Below, piece after piece: positions 1-14,892 of a stretch of 64,000 nt of DNA (position 1 is its first letter; every line of letters begins with the position of its first letter). The stretch is from Tubulanus polymorphus (Eukaryota > Animalia > Nemertea): the NCBI RefSeq assembly GCF_964204645.1, contig NC_134029.1, positions 4,030,001-4,094,000 of the forward strand. Direction: 5' to 3'. A program made the translations under genes and the position numbers. The notes beneath the pieces were generated by a model that made no database searches, was not told where the DNA came from, and saw only the letters and a program-made list of their open reading frames with translations.

Positions 1-1504
1 AATATGAACTGGCTATTGTACACATCGACAGTGCTTTGGGGTTTAGGTCTGTTCTCCAAATAGGATAACCATGAAGAGGTCCTCCGATAATAGACCTAAA
101 CGTCAATCACCTTAAGTGGCTTTTGTTGGTAAGAAATTACTCCTGAATTTGTATTACATATCTTTTCAAGTTGATAATAGCTGCCTTTTGACACGCCAAA
201 AACTCGTCCGCGGCTTCAGTTGAGTTGTTCTTAAAGAAGCTGCCGAGTGCACCCCGAAGTTTGGACGAAAACTCCCATTTAATCAATTCATCATCACTGT
301 GTATAGCGAGTTTAGATAGTCGCAACTCGCTCGGGGGTTCGTATCAAGGACTGTGGTTGGATTTAAATCCTGCTTATGATTTTAGCCAGAATCTAAGGAT
401 AATTTGCTGGGTGGGGAGCCCTATTGAAAACGGTCACAATACTTCATTTATAACTGTAGCGAGCCTCTAGGCCGATTAAGTCCTAAGTAGCTTTATAATT
501 CAAATAATATAGCTTTTCAACGCTAATTATATAAACTATTATCCAGTGTCCTCTATACCGTAATTTTCAATTTTCCGCTTAGTTTTGTTTGTATGGGAAT
601 GGCGTCCGGGTTGAAGGAGATGGAATCTTTCTTGATTCGGGAATTTTTTTCATAGACAGCTGTTCATTCGGTTTCTAATGATAGGTTTGACGTGAAATGG
701 AAAAAAATTGTGGTTTCCGGCAACGGATCACTTTTTATCAACGGATTAACTACGCTGGTCATTCACCAGGGAGCCACTTTGACCTTGACATTGTCAACCT
801 TTTCAACGTCATTGGTTTCACTGTCATCATCAGTTTCCTTTTTTCACATTTTAGACCTTATTTTGATACTGCAAAAGTGCATTGGGAGATTTAGATTTTC
901 TAACCTCTGATTGCTTCACGTGAGGCAGTTTAACCCCAAGACCCTTCACAATGTTCCCATAGAAAATATAATACCAGAAGCAATAAAAATTAAGCAATAT
1001 TTGGTAAAAAGGTATAAGGAATGCATCTTATCGTCTTATTGTTAACCGTATAGGGGCACTGATAACGAAGCAATATTTGCAAAAAGGGCATGAGCGATGC
1101 ATTTTCTTCACGCGAGACAACTTAGGCACCAAGATCGACAGAGGCAGAGGAAATACAAACCAGAGGCAATAAAAAAAAGGTTACGTACAATAAAAGCAAT
1201 ATTGGTAATATGAAAGTAATCGTCTTTATCAGTCAATGTTAATGTGTTGTGGTTTTTTTTCGTAGGAGTTATTCACGGGTAACGTGGATGCGTTTTCTCG
1301 GTTTACTGGCGTACAGTTAATATCCGTGCAATTATCGTTAATCACCGCATATCGAACGCCGTAATTACAGTTAATCGTGACGCGAAACGACGACCAGCAG
1401 ATCGAACGTCGAAACCACGCCTTCGACGCTTTGTACGTTAGAAGCGGCGTTTATCATCTAGCTAATACAGCGACATGTCGCGAACGCGATCATAACGAGC
1501 TTTT

Positions 1505-1625
1505 GTCCAATGAGCGCGCGACATTTCATCGGCCAATCAGTTAGCGCAGCGCGATTGGTAATGTCGGTCCAAACAAACATTCGATTATAAACTCGGATTA
1601 TTGTTACAATAATGACTATTTAACG
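1505..1625 (+). promoter_or_regulatory. Candidate hbn core promoter
   Basis: CCAAT at 1507 and 1533, ATTGG at 1554, TATA-like TATTTAA at 1617-1623, in a CpG-rich block about 165 nt upstream of the ATG. Confidence 0.5.
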
Positions 1626-1785
1626 GGAATTGACGCCAGCGATCGCCACATATCTTTTTCGGACGTCGAAAAGACCAAATCACGGATTACTTAGCTCTCA
1701 TACTTAAGCGCACCGAAGAACTATCTCGCATATTATATCCATCACATCTGACTGTGCACGGGTGGTAAACTATCCAAAACGGAAA

Positions 1786-4700
1786 ATGATGACAGAACGA
1801 CCGCTGCAAACCTCAATTCAGGGAAAGTCGAAATCGTACAGCATTGATAGCATATTGGGCAACATTAGATCGGATAGGAATCCGGACCCACCGTCCCCAG
1901 TTCGTTCACCGTTAGGATCGGAACACTGTTCTCGTGGTAAGTTACCGTTCGACCGAATAGTTTTATATTTTCATAACTTGTTAAGAAATACATATGGCAC
2001 GAACTTGATATCATTTCGCTCACAAATCTGATTGAATTAAGCACTGAACTATCTTAGATTGAATTCTCTTTCAAATTAGTTGTTGTAATTTAGAATTAAT
2101 TTCGTTAATACTAACGCAGCGTTCTGCTATAGTTTCAGTGATTTTAGCATTTTCTATTTTCACTTCCGCACAGTTTTAATACATCATATTCAACCTGAAA
2201 ATGAAGTTTGTCTGGTCGTCTACACGTATGCCATGATTTATCAAATATCAATACGACATGGTTATATCTGAGCTCTGTGGCCGAGTGAGAAATGTTAATT
2301 TGTTTGTTCTCTTCTTCCCTCGACGAGTGTACACTCAGATGATCATAAAACCATTTCGGGTTGAATGCTAAGAAATAAGGAGTTTCTCTTGTCATTAAAC
2401 GTCGTTAATTTTCCTTGGTTCGTTTGACTATAATGGACACAACAAACTGGATGAAACATAGTCCATTCTGTCCATGGTTCAGACCAGTGCAATAACAAAA
2501 TCGTCGTTTATATTAATGCGATCATCTTTATGGTTCACATCGCGTCAGATGGACCCCGCTTTCAAATCGTAATCTGCCGATTATACTAATACCCGATGAC
2601 CAGTAAACTATAAGCTCGAACCGGTGATACCAGCCGCGTATCCTACCCCCACATAAATCTCTCCTCATCCGGTCGGCTCAATTAAAAATCGGAAGTAATT
2701 TGCGGCGCAGTAAGAATTACTAATCTAACTAATTATCTATAATACAGTTCGCAATGGGTGTGGTTGACTGTTTCCGTATCGGGACATTGTGTGGCTCGAT
2801 TACTTTTGAAATAGACAGATTATCCCCACGAGTTTACGACATTTTCACCAGAAATAATAACCTAGGAAATGAACTATAGTTCTTACGCTTCTTTCGTCAC
2901 CTAAAATGAGCTATTACAATATTGGTTTCATCTCTTCGTTAATTCTTTCCATGTATAGGATAATGAATAGGTTCTCTATAACACCTTTGTAATCATCTTC
3001 GTATAAACGACCGCTTTTTAAAGTTTACGCATTGTTAGCTTTTGACGTGTCATTTAAGTCATTATTTGATAGGAATGAAAATCATTATAAGAATACCACC
3101 CCCATCTATATGTGCTCTGTCGTTAATTCTTGTAGACCAATGAATAATTTACAATAGATAATGTCACCGTATATTTGGTTTTATTACCGGTATAAATATT
3201 CACAAAACCTTTATTTCGGAGACTTTTTAGCATTAAGGTCTACTACTTAGTTTGAAATTGCGCTGACTAAAACTATAGATGTAAAAACTCACAACCTGTT
3301 TAAGATACTGTATCGCTGCTTAAGACAAATTGTAACAATTTCCTGAATTTAATTCAAATTCCTTTACATCGTTCGATCGTGAGAGTATTGTTTCTCAAGT
3401 TACGCATTTACTGATAGTCCCAGCGTTTATACAGCGGTAAAATATCATTATCCGTGGTGGCTGCAGTTTAAAGGTTGTTCTTGGTTATCTTTTTCAGACG
3501 TTATCCAGGACACCCCGTCTCCCAGATCGCCGCATAGCGAAATCAACGATTCACTGGACTCGATCAAATCTGGAGATGACGGTCACATGGTCGAAAACCG
3601 AGATTGCTCGCTGATGAACGGCGCCGACAATGCGATAAACAACAACAATAACAACGATAGCGGTGAATTATCGGATGGAGGAATGGGAGGCGATAAACCG
3701 AGAAAGATTCGCCGCAGTCGAACGACGTTCACCACGTACCAGTTACACCAGCTAGAACGAGCTTTCGAGAAGACGCAGTATCCTGACGTGTTCACACGGG
3801 AGGAACTTGCGATGAGACTTGATCTTAGTGAAGCTAGAGTTCAGGTAAATATTCAACATTGCCTGATTTTCTTGTCTTTCGCACATCTACTGAAGTGTGT
3901 TCCACACGTATACAGAGGTTCATAGATGCTTAGGTACTTTTTCGAATAAGAGTTGGACACTGATCTGCGTTTATTGTGTATGCGATAAAACACATCTTTT
4001 TCTCAGAAAAGTCGGTCTGTTCAATTTGTCTGAAGTCGAATGTAAGATTAACGATTCATGAGCTTCACACACAGAAATTAGCGCATTTTGTTTCGTAGAC
4101 AATGAGCACCTAATATACACTTTCATTGGTAATGCTTAGAAGAACCAACTTACGTAGGTTTCTAAATCTAATTCATCCGCCTATCCTACTAAATCAAATA
4201 TTCAACAGTCTATTTGAAATGTATTCAAAATGTGTATAATATGCAGTTTCCGTGGATTAGACAACTGATATTTCGCATAAGTCTCATTTGAAAACCGCTT
4301 TGATGTATAATCACTCACCTGTGAATCATTAATGAACACAAGCGGGTCAAACGTGCTCGTAAGAATAACCACTAGATTTCCGCATCTTTAAATTCAAACT
4401 ACTTAAATTCGTCGAAATTAATAGGTTTCATCATCAGCTTAAACAAACGGTTTGTGACTTCTCATCTGATACGAGCTATTGTCCGGAATTTGCCGACGTT
4501 CTCGCGTTCGGCTTAGTGTCATGGTAATGAACATCGAATGGATTTCGTCGACAGCTCGTGAATCGCTTAATTAGCCATTCAAATTAATCGATATCGTTAA
4601 CGATAACGATTGTATGTGTAATCAGATCCGTGCCAGCAGCTGATTGTCGCCGCATCGTACTCGTTGAGATACATATGCAGAAGGTCTCTACCACAGAACG

Positions 4701-7191
4701 ACCCTATTTTCAAGGAGTGAAATTTATTTCGAGCTTGCAATCGAAATATACGCCCTCATAAGTAAAAAGGCTAAAAAATGATACACACTCTCTCATTTCT
4801 GTCCTGAGCATTTAAGTTGACCCGGCCGGCAGCCTGTCTACCTTCTCTAAACTATGATCAGGCTTGCCGTAACAGACCCGCCAACTTCAGAAATGAATTG
4901 ATTACAAATTGTATTGCGGTTTAGAAAATGACCTGGTCAATTATGAGAAACAAGGTATCATTTTTAGCAAAAAATTGATGATGTTTTTTAAAACTCAACA
5001 TAGAGCTGAAAACGGAGTTCTTGATTTGCGTATATGTTTCGATCGAAGAATGTTATATAATAATACCGGCAAATCTTCAATATAGCATCGATCAGAACTC
5101 AGATTTCATAAAATTGCTTTCATGGCCCTGATTCATTTCTAACGGTTCTCGTTTATTCCTGATTTCAACATTCCACTACAAGGGGAAACAAAATGCACTT
5201 TATTTTTGATTATCTTTGACGTTAAGCACGAACTCGCTACGGGTTGGAAATGGAGTAGATGTAAAAATTCAAACAATAGACAACACATTGGAAGACAATC
5301 TGTCGGGAAATTGCTAATTTAACCTGCAATTTATATATTCAGAAAAACGTCATATTCGACGATTTATTACTTGTTATTCAAACAATCAGCTTGTCGTGTA
5401 GGCATATATATAGATACGACACGTTTGTTAAGACAAACACAAATACGTTAATTAGTGGCCAATTTACAATTCTGCCCCATTAATGAGTCGATGTAACCGA
5501 ACAAGTATTTCTCCTTGCGCGGATCATTATACCCAGATTCATGAATAAATTGCTGCCGCATTATTTAATGAAAATATTGTTCAAACATAATTCAAAGCGT
5601 CGAATCATACATAGTCGATTTTATTCAAAACTATATTTGTATATGCGCACATGAAATCAGACGATTACAATTAATTAATTTTATAAATTCTATCGGGTAT
5701 CATTTATCATAGCATTGAACTTTTAACGTCAGATGGACCATAGTCATTTAAATCATAGATGTTAAACTAGATTAAACGTCCATGTTTGAATACAGCAACA
5801 CCCATTCAAAAGGTTTGTTGTAAAAAAAACCGTGAAATCGTTTTAGTTGAAGTAAACACGAAATATAGTAAATTTGATATGTAGATAAGACCTTATATAA
5901 GATACAAAAATCAAATTAGCAAAGCAAAGCAAAGTGCCGTCATCTTAGGTTTGGCAGACATCTTGGTTTTTTTTCAGATACGCCTCTCTCTCATCTCTCG
6001 ATGCGAACGACAATGTGCAATAAAAACCGACTTAAACTGTTACTTCCGAATGTCTGCTCAGAATCACGTGCTTGTCGCATGGATATGAGGCTCGGTTGTA
6101 TCTCACTGTCAGCACAAACTTTCACCGTTCGCTGCAATAATTGGCGAAGCTTGTAGTCTTCGGGGCAAAATTCCACTATTGGCTCTTGTCAGCTAATAAA
6201 GAGCAATAAAAGACCGTTTACCCAATTCACAGGAGCACGACGTCAAAGAAGGCAATATAAGCGGGAACAAACATCGCAGATAAAAGCTCCCCTCCAGTTA
6301 CAACAAATTTGATTCTCGGTGATTAAACAATAAAACAATTCGTGCTACTAATTGAAATATAAGAAGCGTTCGGTTTTTGTCATTCGAGGCGTTTTCAATA
6401 ATGATTCTCCTTTTGCGACATCCAACTCCTGGAATGTCAACACTTCCTGTACGATACAATATTAATGTTTCAATATTGAGTCATTCGGCAATTACATTTT
6501 ATTCACTGTTTTGTCATTTTTGGACAAATTGCAAATGAGATGTCGTTCTTTCCTTTTTTGAGGTAATAAGCTAGAATTTGTTCACTAATAATAACAAAAT
6601 TTTAATGTCAGCCTTTCAATTTTTGTTTTGCAGGTTTGGTTTCAAAATAGACGCGCTAAATGGCGAAAGCGCGAGAAAGCCCTCGGCCGCGAAAGTCCAA
6701 GTTTCATGCACGGAGATCACATGCCACCGATGTCGGAACTGCCCCATATGATGGGCCATTTACCGATTCCGCTAGGTGGCGATCCTCTCTGGGCGGCGAG
6801 AATGCAGAATCTTACCGGACTAAATCCGCTTTTAGCGCTTCAACACGGAGGTCTATCAGGAATGGCAGCAGCGCATTACGCTGGTCAGGGTAAACTACCA
6901 TTCGGTGGACTGACATTACCACCAGGTTACCTGCCGGGCTTCCCGACCGGTATCCCAGCTTCATTTATACACGCCAATAACACGGCCATCAGTGCAGCGT
7001 CGACAAACTCTCCTCTAAATCTCGTCAGTTCGAGATTTCCGCTAGAGGGCGCTGGCTTCGACGTGCGGAAGTCCAGTATAGACGCTTTACGAATGAAAGC
7101 GCAAGAACACGCGGCCGCTGCATTCGACCATCAAAAACAGTCGTCAACCAGCAAATCAGCAGCAGTTCAACAGGAATCGGCAAAATCATAG
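1786..7191 (+). CDS. hbn: Homeobrain, PRD-class Q50 homeobox transcription factor; 3 exons join(1786..1936,3498..3844,6634..7191), 351 aa
   Basis: GT-AG introns keep the frame (phase 1, then phase 0 between homeodomain codons 46 and 47). [48 protein letters not shown]|[14 protein letters not shown] matches the Hbn family signature ([41 protein letters not shown]). Octapeptide/eh1 YSIDSILG at 1837-1860; OAR domain [15 protein letters not shown] at 7066-7110. Confidence 0.93.
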
Positions 7192-7381
7192 TTAAAAATA
7201 CCCTCTCAAAATTTAAATAATCTCTAGTCAGAATATCTTATGGTGACACAGCCTGTAGTTGTGGTTCGACAATATGATTTTTGAATATATCGGTCAAACA
7301 CAGCATGTAAAAATGTATCTTCTTCGTCAGAGTATGAATTGTGTAATCATGTATATGCCACATATTTGTTAAGTATTCAAC

Positions 7382-7387
7382 ATTAAA
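7382..7387 (+). terminator. Candidate hbn polyadenylation signal (ATTAAA)
   Basis: About 190 nt after the stop codon, followed by T-rich sequence. Confidence 0.4.
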
Positions 7388-10323
7388 TTATTTTTGTTAT
7401 CAAGAAATGTTGGTTAACTTACGCTTTTTGGATCAGTATTCGAAACGATCATATAAGCCTACTCTTCAACAGTACGTGACAGGGCTCTTTATTAGGTCAA
7501 GATTTGGACGGACATAACTGAATACCCTACGGAATCTCTGACACAGGACCTATGTTTATGTTGATCTTAAAACGCTATTCGCTAATTTTTTCTTAGACTT
7601 AAGAAATTATTTGCCACAAGACTGAAATGATTCAACGGACATATTAATAACATGAAAGCCAATTTAACTCCACATGCAGCAGAAACAAGTTCCGACGAAG
7701 AAATAATAGCCTTCTTTGATATTGAAACTAACCTACCGATTAGAATGTTGTAACGATTTTCATGAAAAGATCGACCCTGGGGTTGAACTCCCGCCAGTTT
7801 AAGTTAACGAATTGTGTTTTTTATGGCGAATTACTAAATAGTAAATAGGATAATTTTCTATGTAAATGTCGCCCGAGGAAGGCGGATAACACTGGGACAC
7901 GCTGCATGGGGCCTCATCGACATGAAAGAACGCGGTTCTGTTCTGATCAAAATCTAATTTGTGGAGTTAAACTAATATCTACAGGGAGTGATCTAAAGTA
8001 GAATATTCTTAAGAATATTCTTTGTTCACTTTGCCATGAAAGAGTATCTTCACCTATAACGACGACGAATTAATAAGTGGATATTAAAAGCTTTTCGTAC
8101 AATAACAGCCAGTTCTAATCGACATCTTATCTATGGGACGAAAAAGTCGGGCAGATCTCCATTGAATGAGAATTCAAGCTCGAAATAACTCAGTTGAATA
8201 CACATTAAGAAAGCACTTCGAAACAGCGAAAGAAACACCTTTTTGTGTAGCTTTATCTCAAACCACAAACTGTAGATCTAATAGTAAAATCAACGAACTG
8301 CTTTGTCAAGGTCGTCCATGGTCAAAAGAAGCGTCGAAGGTCACAATAGGGCCTACGCGTTCCGTTGTTTCTACAAACATGAAATTTCACTCGGATAAGA
8401 TAAGATTAAGCCCTGTTTAAATTGACACAGTTTCGACTATCCATTGTGCGCTAACAGTTTCGTGAAAGCCTCGTGAAGCCATTCTATTTTATGTGCACGG
8501 ATGGAGAGATGGATTTCCTTGAAAAGCCGTAAAAGTTAGATATTTTCTTCTTTACCGAATCCAATTGAGGAGGTAATTCTCGACCAGCTGTAAGGAATAG
8601 AGACACATTTGACATCTAACGTGGCTTATTTGACAAAAAGTTGACAATGGATTCGATAAATACTGAAATCTACAGGTCTTTTTTGTCGTGTGCGATTTTC
8701 ATCCAGCGTATATAAAATGTAATTACAATCATTATTACATGATGTAAGCAAGTATGACCAGCGACAAACTGCATTGTAATTACCCTAACTGTCGCCATGG
8801 TGCAGTTGCCAGCATAAGATGTATGAGTTTTCAGTCATTTGCAGTCTATTAGTCGCCTATTTATCTAATTGTTATGTAGTCGACCCCTAGGTAGATTGTA
8901 ATTGCGCAGGGACAGGGGGCGTCGTATTTTCGCAGACTCAGTAAATTAAAGAAGCTGCGATTGCACTGCTAATTCAGTTTTATTGTGTTGCTGTCACCAA
9001 CAACTGGACTGTCCCAGTAAACGGTGACTGAAGAGATGGAACCCCACTGCCTTTTACTCTCAGCCTATCGCCCTCGACACTTCGTGATTGCTACACAGGT
9101 TTAAACGATATCGGTTAAAAGAAAACGTTATACCATTATTTCGGGTTAATGCTGAGATTTAGCTTTGCACTCAATAATTCATTGCTGCCAAGTTCGATAC
9201 GCTCAAAGCAATCCAGTTAATCGCCAATGTTATATCCAAGTGAAAAATGAAGATTGATGAAAAGTAACGTTTAATGTGTCTTTATTGGCTGCCATAATTA
9301 ACAACTGCCTTCCATAAAAATGTGCATAACAACGTACAAGTGTATGGCAAATAGGCCAATGGTCAGTGGGTGTATGAAACCTGTCCAAGTCCCTTGACCA
9401 ACACGACAAATTAGCCATTAAGTCCAGCTGGATAAATGATCATCATGTTGAAGCAAAACTGTGATTGATTGCCTTTACCACCACCGGTCTTTAGCAGGTT
9501 TTCTCGGCCGTGTGGGCAACGATTATCAACTATTTCTTACATTTCTTACCTAGTTTTATATGCCTATAGTGTAATGTGATGTTCAGCATGGTGTTCTTTT
9601 CGTATACCACCTATTGTGTCATAACTCTCGCTTCTCTTAAGCGGCTATTAATCTACCCCTAAACCTAAAACAACACATTTTGAGGGTTAATTTGTATATC
9701 CAGATTTTTCCAAAGACTAACATTGATCGATTAAAGTTGTAATATTCAATGCCTTATTCTAGGCGTACATTATTTCAGAATTACGATTCAAGAACTTGAA
9801 ATATTTTTACATAAACTGAATTCTAGAAAATCCTTATCATGGCACCTTTTATGTCATCTATAACCGGGAGGTCTTCGAACCAGCGGTGACCTGAAGTTGA
9901 TAATGAGAAACAGATATCCAGGTGGGTCCGTCAACCGTGGGAAAATGAGCGATGACCGGCAAGAAGATGAACAGGTATAAATGCCATGGCGTGTGTCCGG
10001 CACATTGAAATCAACTCAACAATGTATACGCGCGTATAAAATATGAAAACACGGGCGAATACGCGTGTATTTCTAAAATGAAAAAGACGCATTGAACATT
10101 GGACTAAAATTCGAAATTGAAAACATTGAATCGTCAAACCGAAGTTCTCACGAACACGCACGTGCGCGAACCATCTGAAATGTTCATTTAAAAATGACAA
10201 ATGACCACTGGAGAAATATCTAGATGGGAATTTACTTGTAAAAGATTTTATCAAGTTGATTTACGCAATGACAACCAAGAGGAACAACAGATGAGATAGA
10301 TATAAGCCCGACGTCAATTCATA

Positions 10324-10466
10324 CAGTAAACCTCGCTTGACTCGGTAACCCGGAAAAATCAGTCCGAGGTAAGCTAAGTCTAGGATAGGAAAATATTTTA
10401 GAAAGTCGCGGAAATGATTTCGCTTTATCCGAGTTAGTCAATTATCCATGTTGACCGTGTTTGATA
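10324..10466. mobile_element. Degenerate Tc1/mariner-pogo-like MITE remnant
   Basis: Starts TA|CAGTAAACCTCGCTTGACTCGG, has internal TCCGAG repeats, and ends in an eroded GACCGTGTTTGA. Same terminus type as the elements at 58556 and 58995. Confidence 0.4.
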
Positions 10467-13400
10467 AGGCAGAGGTGTGTGTCAAAGGAAAAAGTCCTAT
10501 ATTTTCTATGGGATTCAAGGTTTAAAATAGAGGACGAACAGCGCATAAGACAAAGCATATTCAAACAATGATCGCTTGAAATGACTAAACGACTATATTT
10601 TACATGGAAAAAATTCAACGGGACAATCTGCGAGGCACGTGTTGTCTGTCCCGAATCACGGGCCCGTATCGCGCGTTAACAGAATAGATATTTAGTATCA
10701 TATTTTGTGCAATTTGACTGTGAATAAACAAAAAGTTGTGGGAATAACAAGATGACTGACAACAAGTCATTATTTTCCGTTAGCTGGTGGAACGAAGGAA
10801 CGGTGGTCACTAAACATGAGGGTGGACTGTCGATGGTCGATATCGTGGGAATTGCTTTAATTTTTCACCGTGAGAACATTTTACCGGAGATGAACAAAAC
10901 AAAGAATCAGAGTGAACAATTCAGATGCTGTAACAAGTATCCCTAATAATATGGCCAGTGACACCCATACTTTCGTCTCAGCACCATCGGAGGCGCAATA
11001 TCCCCGAGATGCTATTTTTTTAATCTCATCACTTCTCCCAATTGTTCCTGAGCGCTTTAAAAGATAACAGCATTGAACTCATATTCTAAAGACAGAATCT
11101 CCACTCTCGAGATGCTCTCAATGACTTAAAGGCAGGCATATGCGTGCAAGGTGCGTGGACACAAATTTGTCGGAATTGCCCGATAGTTGTCCGCTAATTT
11201 GTGGCACATTAGCGATAATACTGATTTCATCTCGTGCACAGATTTTACAGATAGAGATGATGTATAATTTGACCCATTAGCGGAATTAATGCTCGCTGAT
11301 CGTGAATTAGTTACGTCGCACAACCTGTAATTTGCCAGTAACTTTGAGATTATACGGCGCGCGCACGCCAACAATTTCAGGAAATAGCCATTTTTACGGC
11401 ACTGCTTTTATTTCGCCGTTTGGCACGATTTATATCAGATCGTATATGATAGATATTTCATGAATGTCTACTGGTTCAAGGATGTTCGTCAAAGGAAGTG
11501 TCGAGTCAAATCACCAGACTTAGTTAGTTCAGTCGGCATCCAAAGGACCCATTTTCTTTTTATTCGGTGGTAGTATTGCAGGCACGTATATAGGCAATAA
11601 CGATGTCCCAATTATTACCAGTATCTTTCACACGGTCAAATTATATTAAAAAGAGGTCATAATTTCTCCTGCACTACTCGGTGTAACCGTTCACCACATC
11701 CTCAAACAACTAATTAACCAAAAATATTCGGCTCTTTCGTCGAAGATGACCGTTAGAAAACCTGCAAATAATAACCGCTAACAAGTCATATATTAGTCTC
11801 CACCGCGCTCTCCACGTCCATGTGTCCTTCCGTGGTCACTTATTAAACACCAATCAGCCGTTTATTGGTCTTCATTTGACAGATAAATCAGTAAATGAAC
11901 AAATAAAACGTGCCTAATTTGCTAGTATCGGGCAATTTTCTTTCACTCCATATTGCAATTGTTAATGACTGTCACTGAGCTCTTCACGGGTACTCTATAA
12001 AAAACAGAACAGTTTGCACATTATTGCACGCGTCGTACTGGAAACGCTTCGGTCATATTAAACAGAGTAGAGAAGGATGTGGGAACTAAAGGATATCATT
12101 AGAGCGAGAGACCTTGCGGTCCACACAACTTTTCAAAATAATCTTTTATACGGATTAAGACTGATACAGCCAGCTGATGAAGAAAACGTTAAACAAAATT
12201 TGTTTTTAATGCGCAAATATCTAACAATGAATATATTTTAAAATTTTGTTTAAAATACGTTAAATTTCGTGCCCTTTTTCATCCCCAAAGTTAAAAAGGG
12301 CTTGTAGTCGTCCCTTTTAATACCAAAAGTAGAAAAGAGCACATTTTTACAAGACTAGGCAGATAGTTTCAACAAAAAGGCACAGCATCATCAGGATTTC
12401 ATCTTTATTACCTGGAAACAATTGCTCTTAAAAGGAAAACATTTTCAAAATTTTCTGATCGAGGACCCAACACCCCCTCGTTTGCCGTGGAGTATGCCTT
12501 TTTTATAAGTTCTGCTACCCTCAACAGTGGTCCCTGGATGCGCCCCTAATCATTTGATGCTAGATGCTGTATAACACTGAGATGAGACGGCATCAAATGT
12601 TTTAGGTCTGCGTATTCTTATAAAAACACTAGTCTTCTAGATGGCACCTCAGAAAATCTTGATTGTGGCAAACATACTTTGAATGGTACATCTTGTTTTT
12701 GTTTTTGTAGGACAAGTGGTGTCGCAAGTTAAGGAGTGTTCTTCTAGTTGACACCACAACAAAACGTCGTTTAGAAGTCGTTTCTGGAGCCATGTGTTGA
12801 AGTTTCGATGATTGTTGGTGGACCGGACGAAATCAACCCCGCCGTTATATTTAATTACCCAACTATTGAATAATTACCCAATTCATTTGGCTGTAATTGC
12901 GAACTCAATATCCCCAAATAAAGCTAACTGTTTCCGGCGATTCAGTCTAATTGATTTGCCTTCGTTCAATAAATCAGAATCTTGTTTGTTTACCCTGGTC
13001 TCGGCCAGCTCCTGAAGTGTGGGTATTTACTGTCAACTTAACTTGCACGTGTTGTAGAAGTAGGCAAGACGTGCTATTTTACACAGCCCGTAATGGCTTA
13101 GCAAACACGAAGGCTTCGATCTTTTCGCATAACGCAGTCAAACGCCTTTGTTAAATCGACAAACGAACATGCCAAATCATCCAAACAATGGACACGAAGG
13201 CTATTTAAAGTCGCGTTAATTTGTCAACGTTTGTTGAAATTCCGTCGATGGAATGATAATCCTGTTCTGTATAAACTGAAACGTTACACACTAGATAGTC
13301 ACAAGAGGAGTCGTATTGTGTATACTAACGGCGAAAGATTAGCTAAAGAGGATTCGCTTGTATCCCGGTGTGAAGGTGCCGATAATACGCGCGTCTTAAT

Positions 13401-14083
13401 ATAAACTGATTATTATTGTGGAAACCCTCAAACCTTTACCTGTATGTATAGATTTACTGTACACCGAAATACGTCCCAATATTGACAAAATTCTTGTCAA
13501 CAAAAATATTATACTATTAGACTGGCCACGGAATAACTTTCTGAAGTGATATGTCATGAAAGTTTTGACTTGTGTGAAAGTATGGTTGGTCATAAAGTGT
13601 TGGCATAGGAAATAGATCAACTTAGGCTAGTGTAGAATTAGACTCTAATGATGGACACCGAAATGAATTGAGGTCCGTGGTTTCGAAGTTGGCCTGGTGG
13701 GTCTCCGCGCCTTATCATGCTGTGATTATATCTAAAGTTTGTCCATTGTCTCGACGTTGGACAACGCCGGTCGTGACTGATCGACACACCGATGGTCTTT
13801 GTTCGGACCGGCGGCTAAACTTTGAAATTACTGAAAATATCTCAAGTAGTTTCTAATTTCCTTGGTTTGCCGTGTTTAAGGAGATGCTTCATTAACAATC
13901 GATTCAGTAGTCGTTTCCGCCGTTAGCGATACGGCAGTCGTGTGCCTCGCTATAAAGCCAATATCCGGTGTTCCACGGCGTCTGATTCACGCGCTACGTC
14001 ACACACTACTGTTACTGACTAACTGCGGATGAGATAAATTAAATTGAAATCTGGTTAGAAAAATATCATATCGTTCCCTTATC

Positions 14084-14151
14084 AATTTAAACATATAGTT
14101 TGAGTAGTTTCCTAACTAATTTAAACATATAGTTTAAGCAGTTTACTAACC
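14084..14151. repeat. 34-bp tandem duplication (2 copies)
   Basis: AATTTAAACATATAGTTTGAGTAGTTTCCTAACT followed by AATTTAAACATATAGTTTAAGCAGTTTACTAACC. Confidence 0.8.
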
Positions 14152-14814
14152 GTCTTGACTGCGATAAAAAGTCAAGGCTATTATTCTTAGAAGTTGCTGA
14201 GAAATATTCTACAAATTCAACAGCAGAAACCATCCAAACGATGATTTCCTCACACCTGGCGATGATCTCTAGTGAGACTTCGAAACATTGTGTCATTTTT
14301 GGTTTCAAAACTTTTAAATGTGTACATTATTTATACAATCTATTCTCCACGTTTGAATGTGGTTATTCTAACATCAATTTAGAATGTATTATTACGATTA
14401 ATGCCACGTTTCGTTGATTTACACATTATTTTTGACTCCCCATTAGCACGTCCGGACTGGTTACGGTTTTTGTGCTTTGATTTGTCAAAATCGGGCAATT
14501 TCCCGCTGTGTTGTAGTTCGCGCATCTTTGTCGCGCTGGGTCAAATTGTTTACAACATTCGGTCATCACCGGTTGCATCATAGTAATTAACAGTAAGCGT
14601 TAATTGTCGAACAGTCATTATACTAGCCATCGTTTACGCGGTTGAATAGCCTCGTAAGTTAATTTATCACAGGCTGACATCGGTCGGTTGCGCCTAGTCG
14701 ATGAATAACGCATAGAATAGAACAACAGTTAATAGTTCTGAACCACCTGTTGTTGTGTCGCCGATTATCACCCGTAATTCGCAGTGGCCCGGTCGCGATA
14801 AACCGGCGACATCG

Positions 14815-14892
14815 AACCAATCAGAACGCGCCTAGTGACTTGTATCAAAAGGTAAAATTGATCATGACGGTAGATTCAGAGTCATTCAGTTT
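14815..14892 (+). promoter_or_regulatory. Candidate core promoter of the second homeobox gene
   Basis: CCAATCAG at 14817, TATA-like TATCAAAA at 14843, initiator-like TCAGTT at 14886; ATG at 14966. Confidence 0.45.

Noticed and set aside
6660-6893. Overlapping alternative-frame ORFs in hbn exon 3 (and 51486-51761 in otp exon 3)
   Set aside because: Shadow frames of GC-rich coding exons with no independent evidence.
8000-8021. Perfect 22-bp palindrome AGAATATTCTTAAGAATATTCT
   Set aside because: Explained by tandem duplication of a short AT-rich palindrome; no other support for function.
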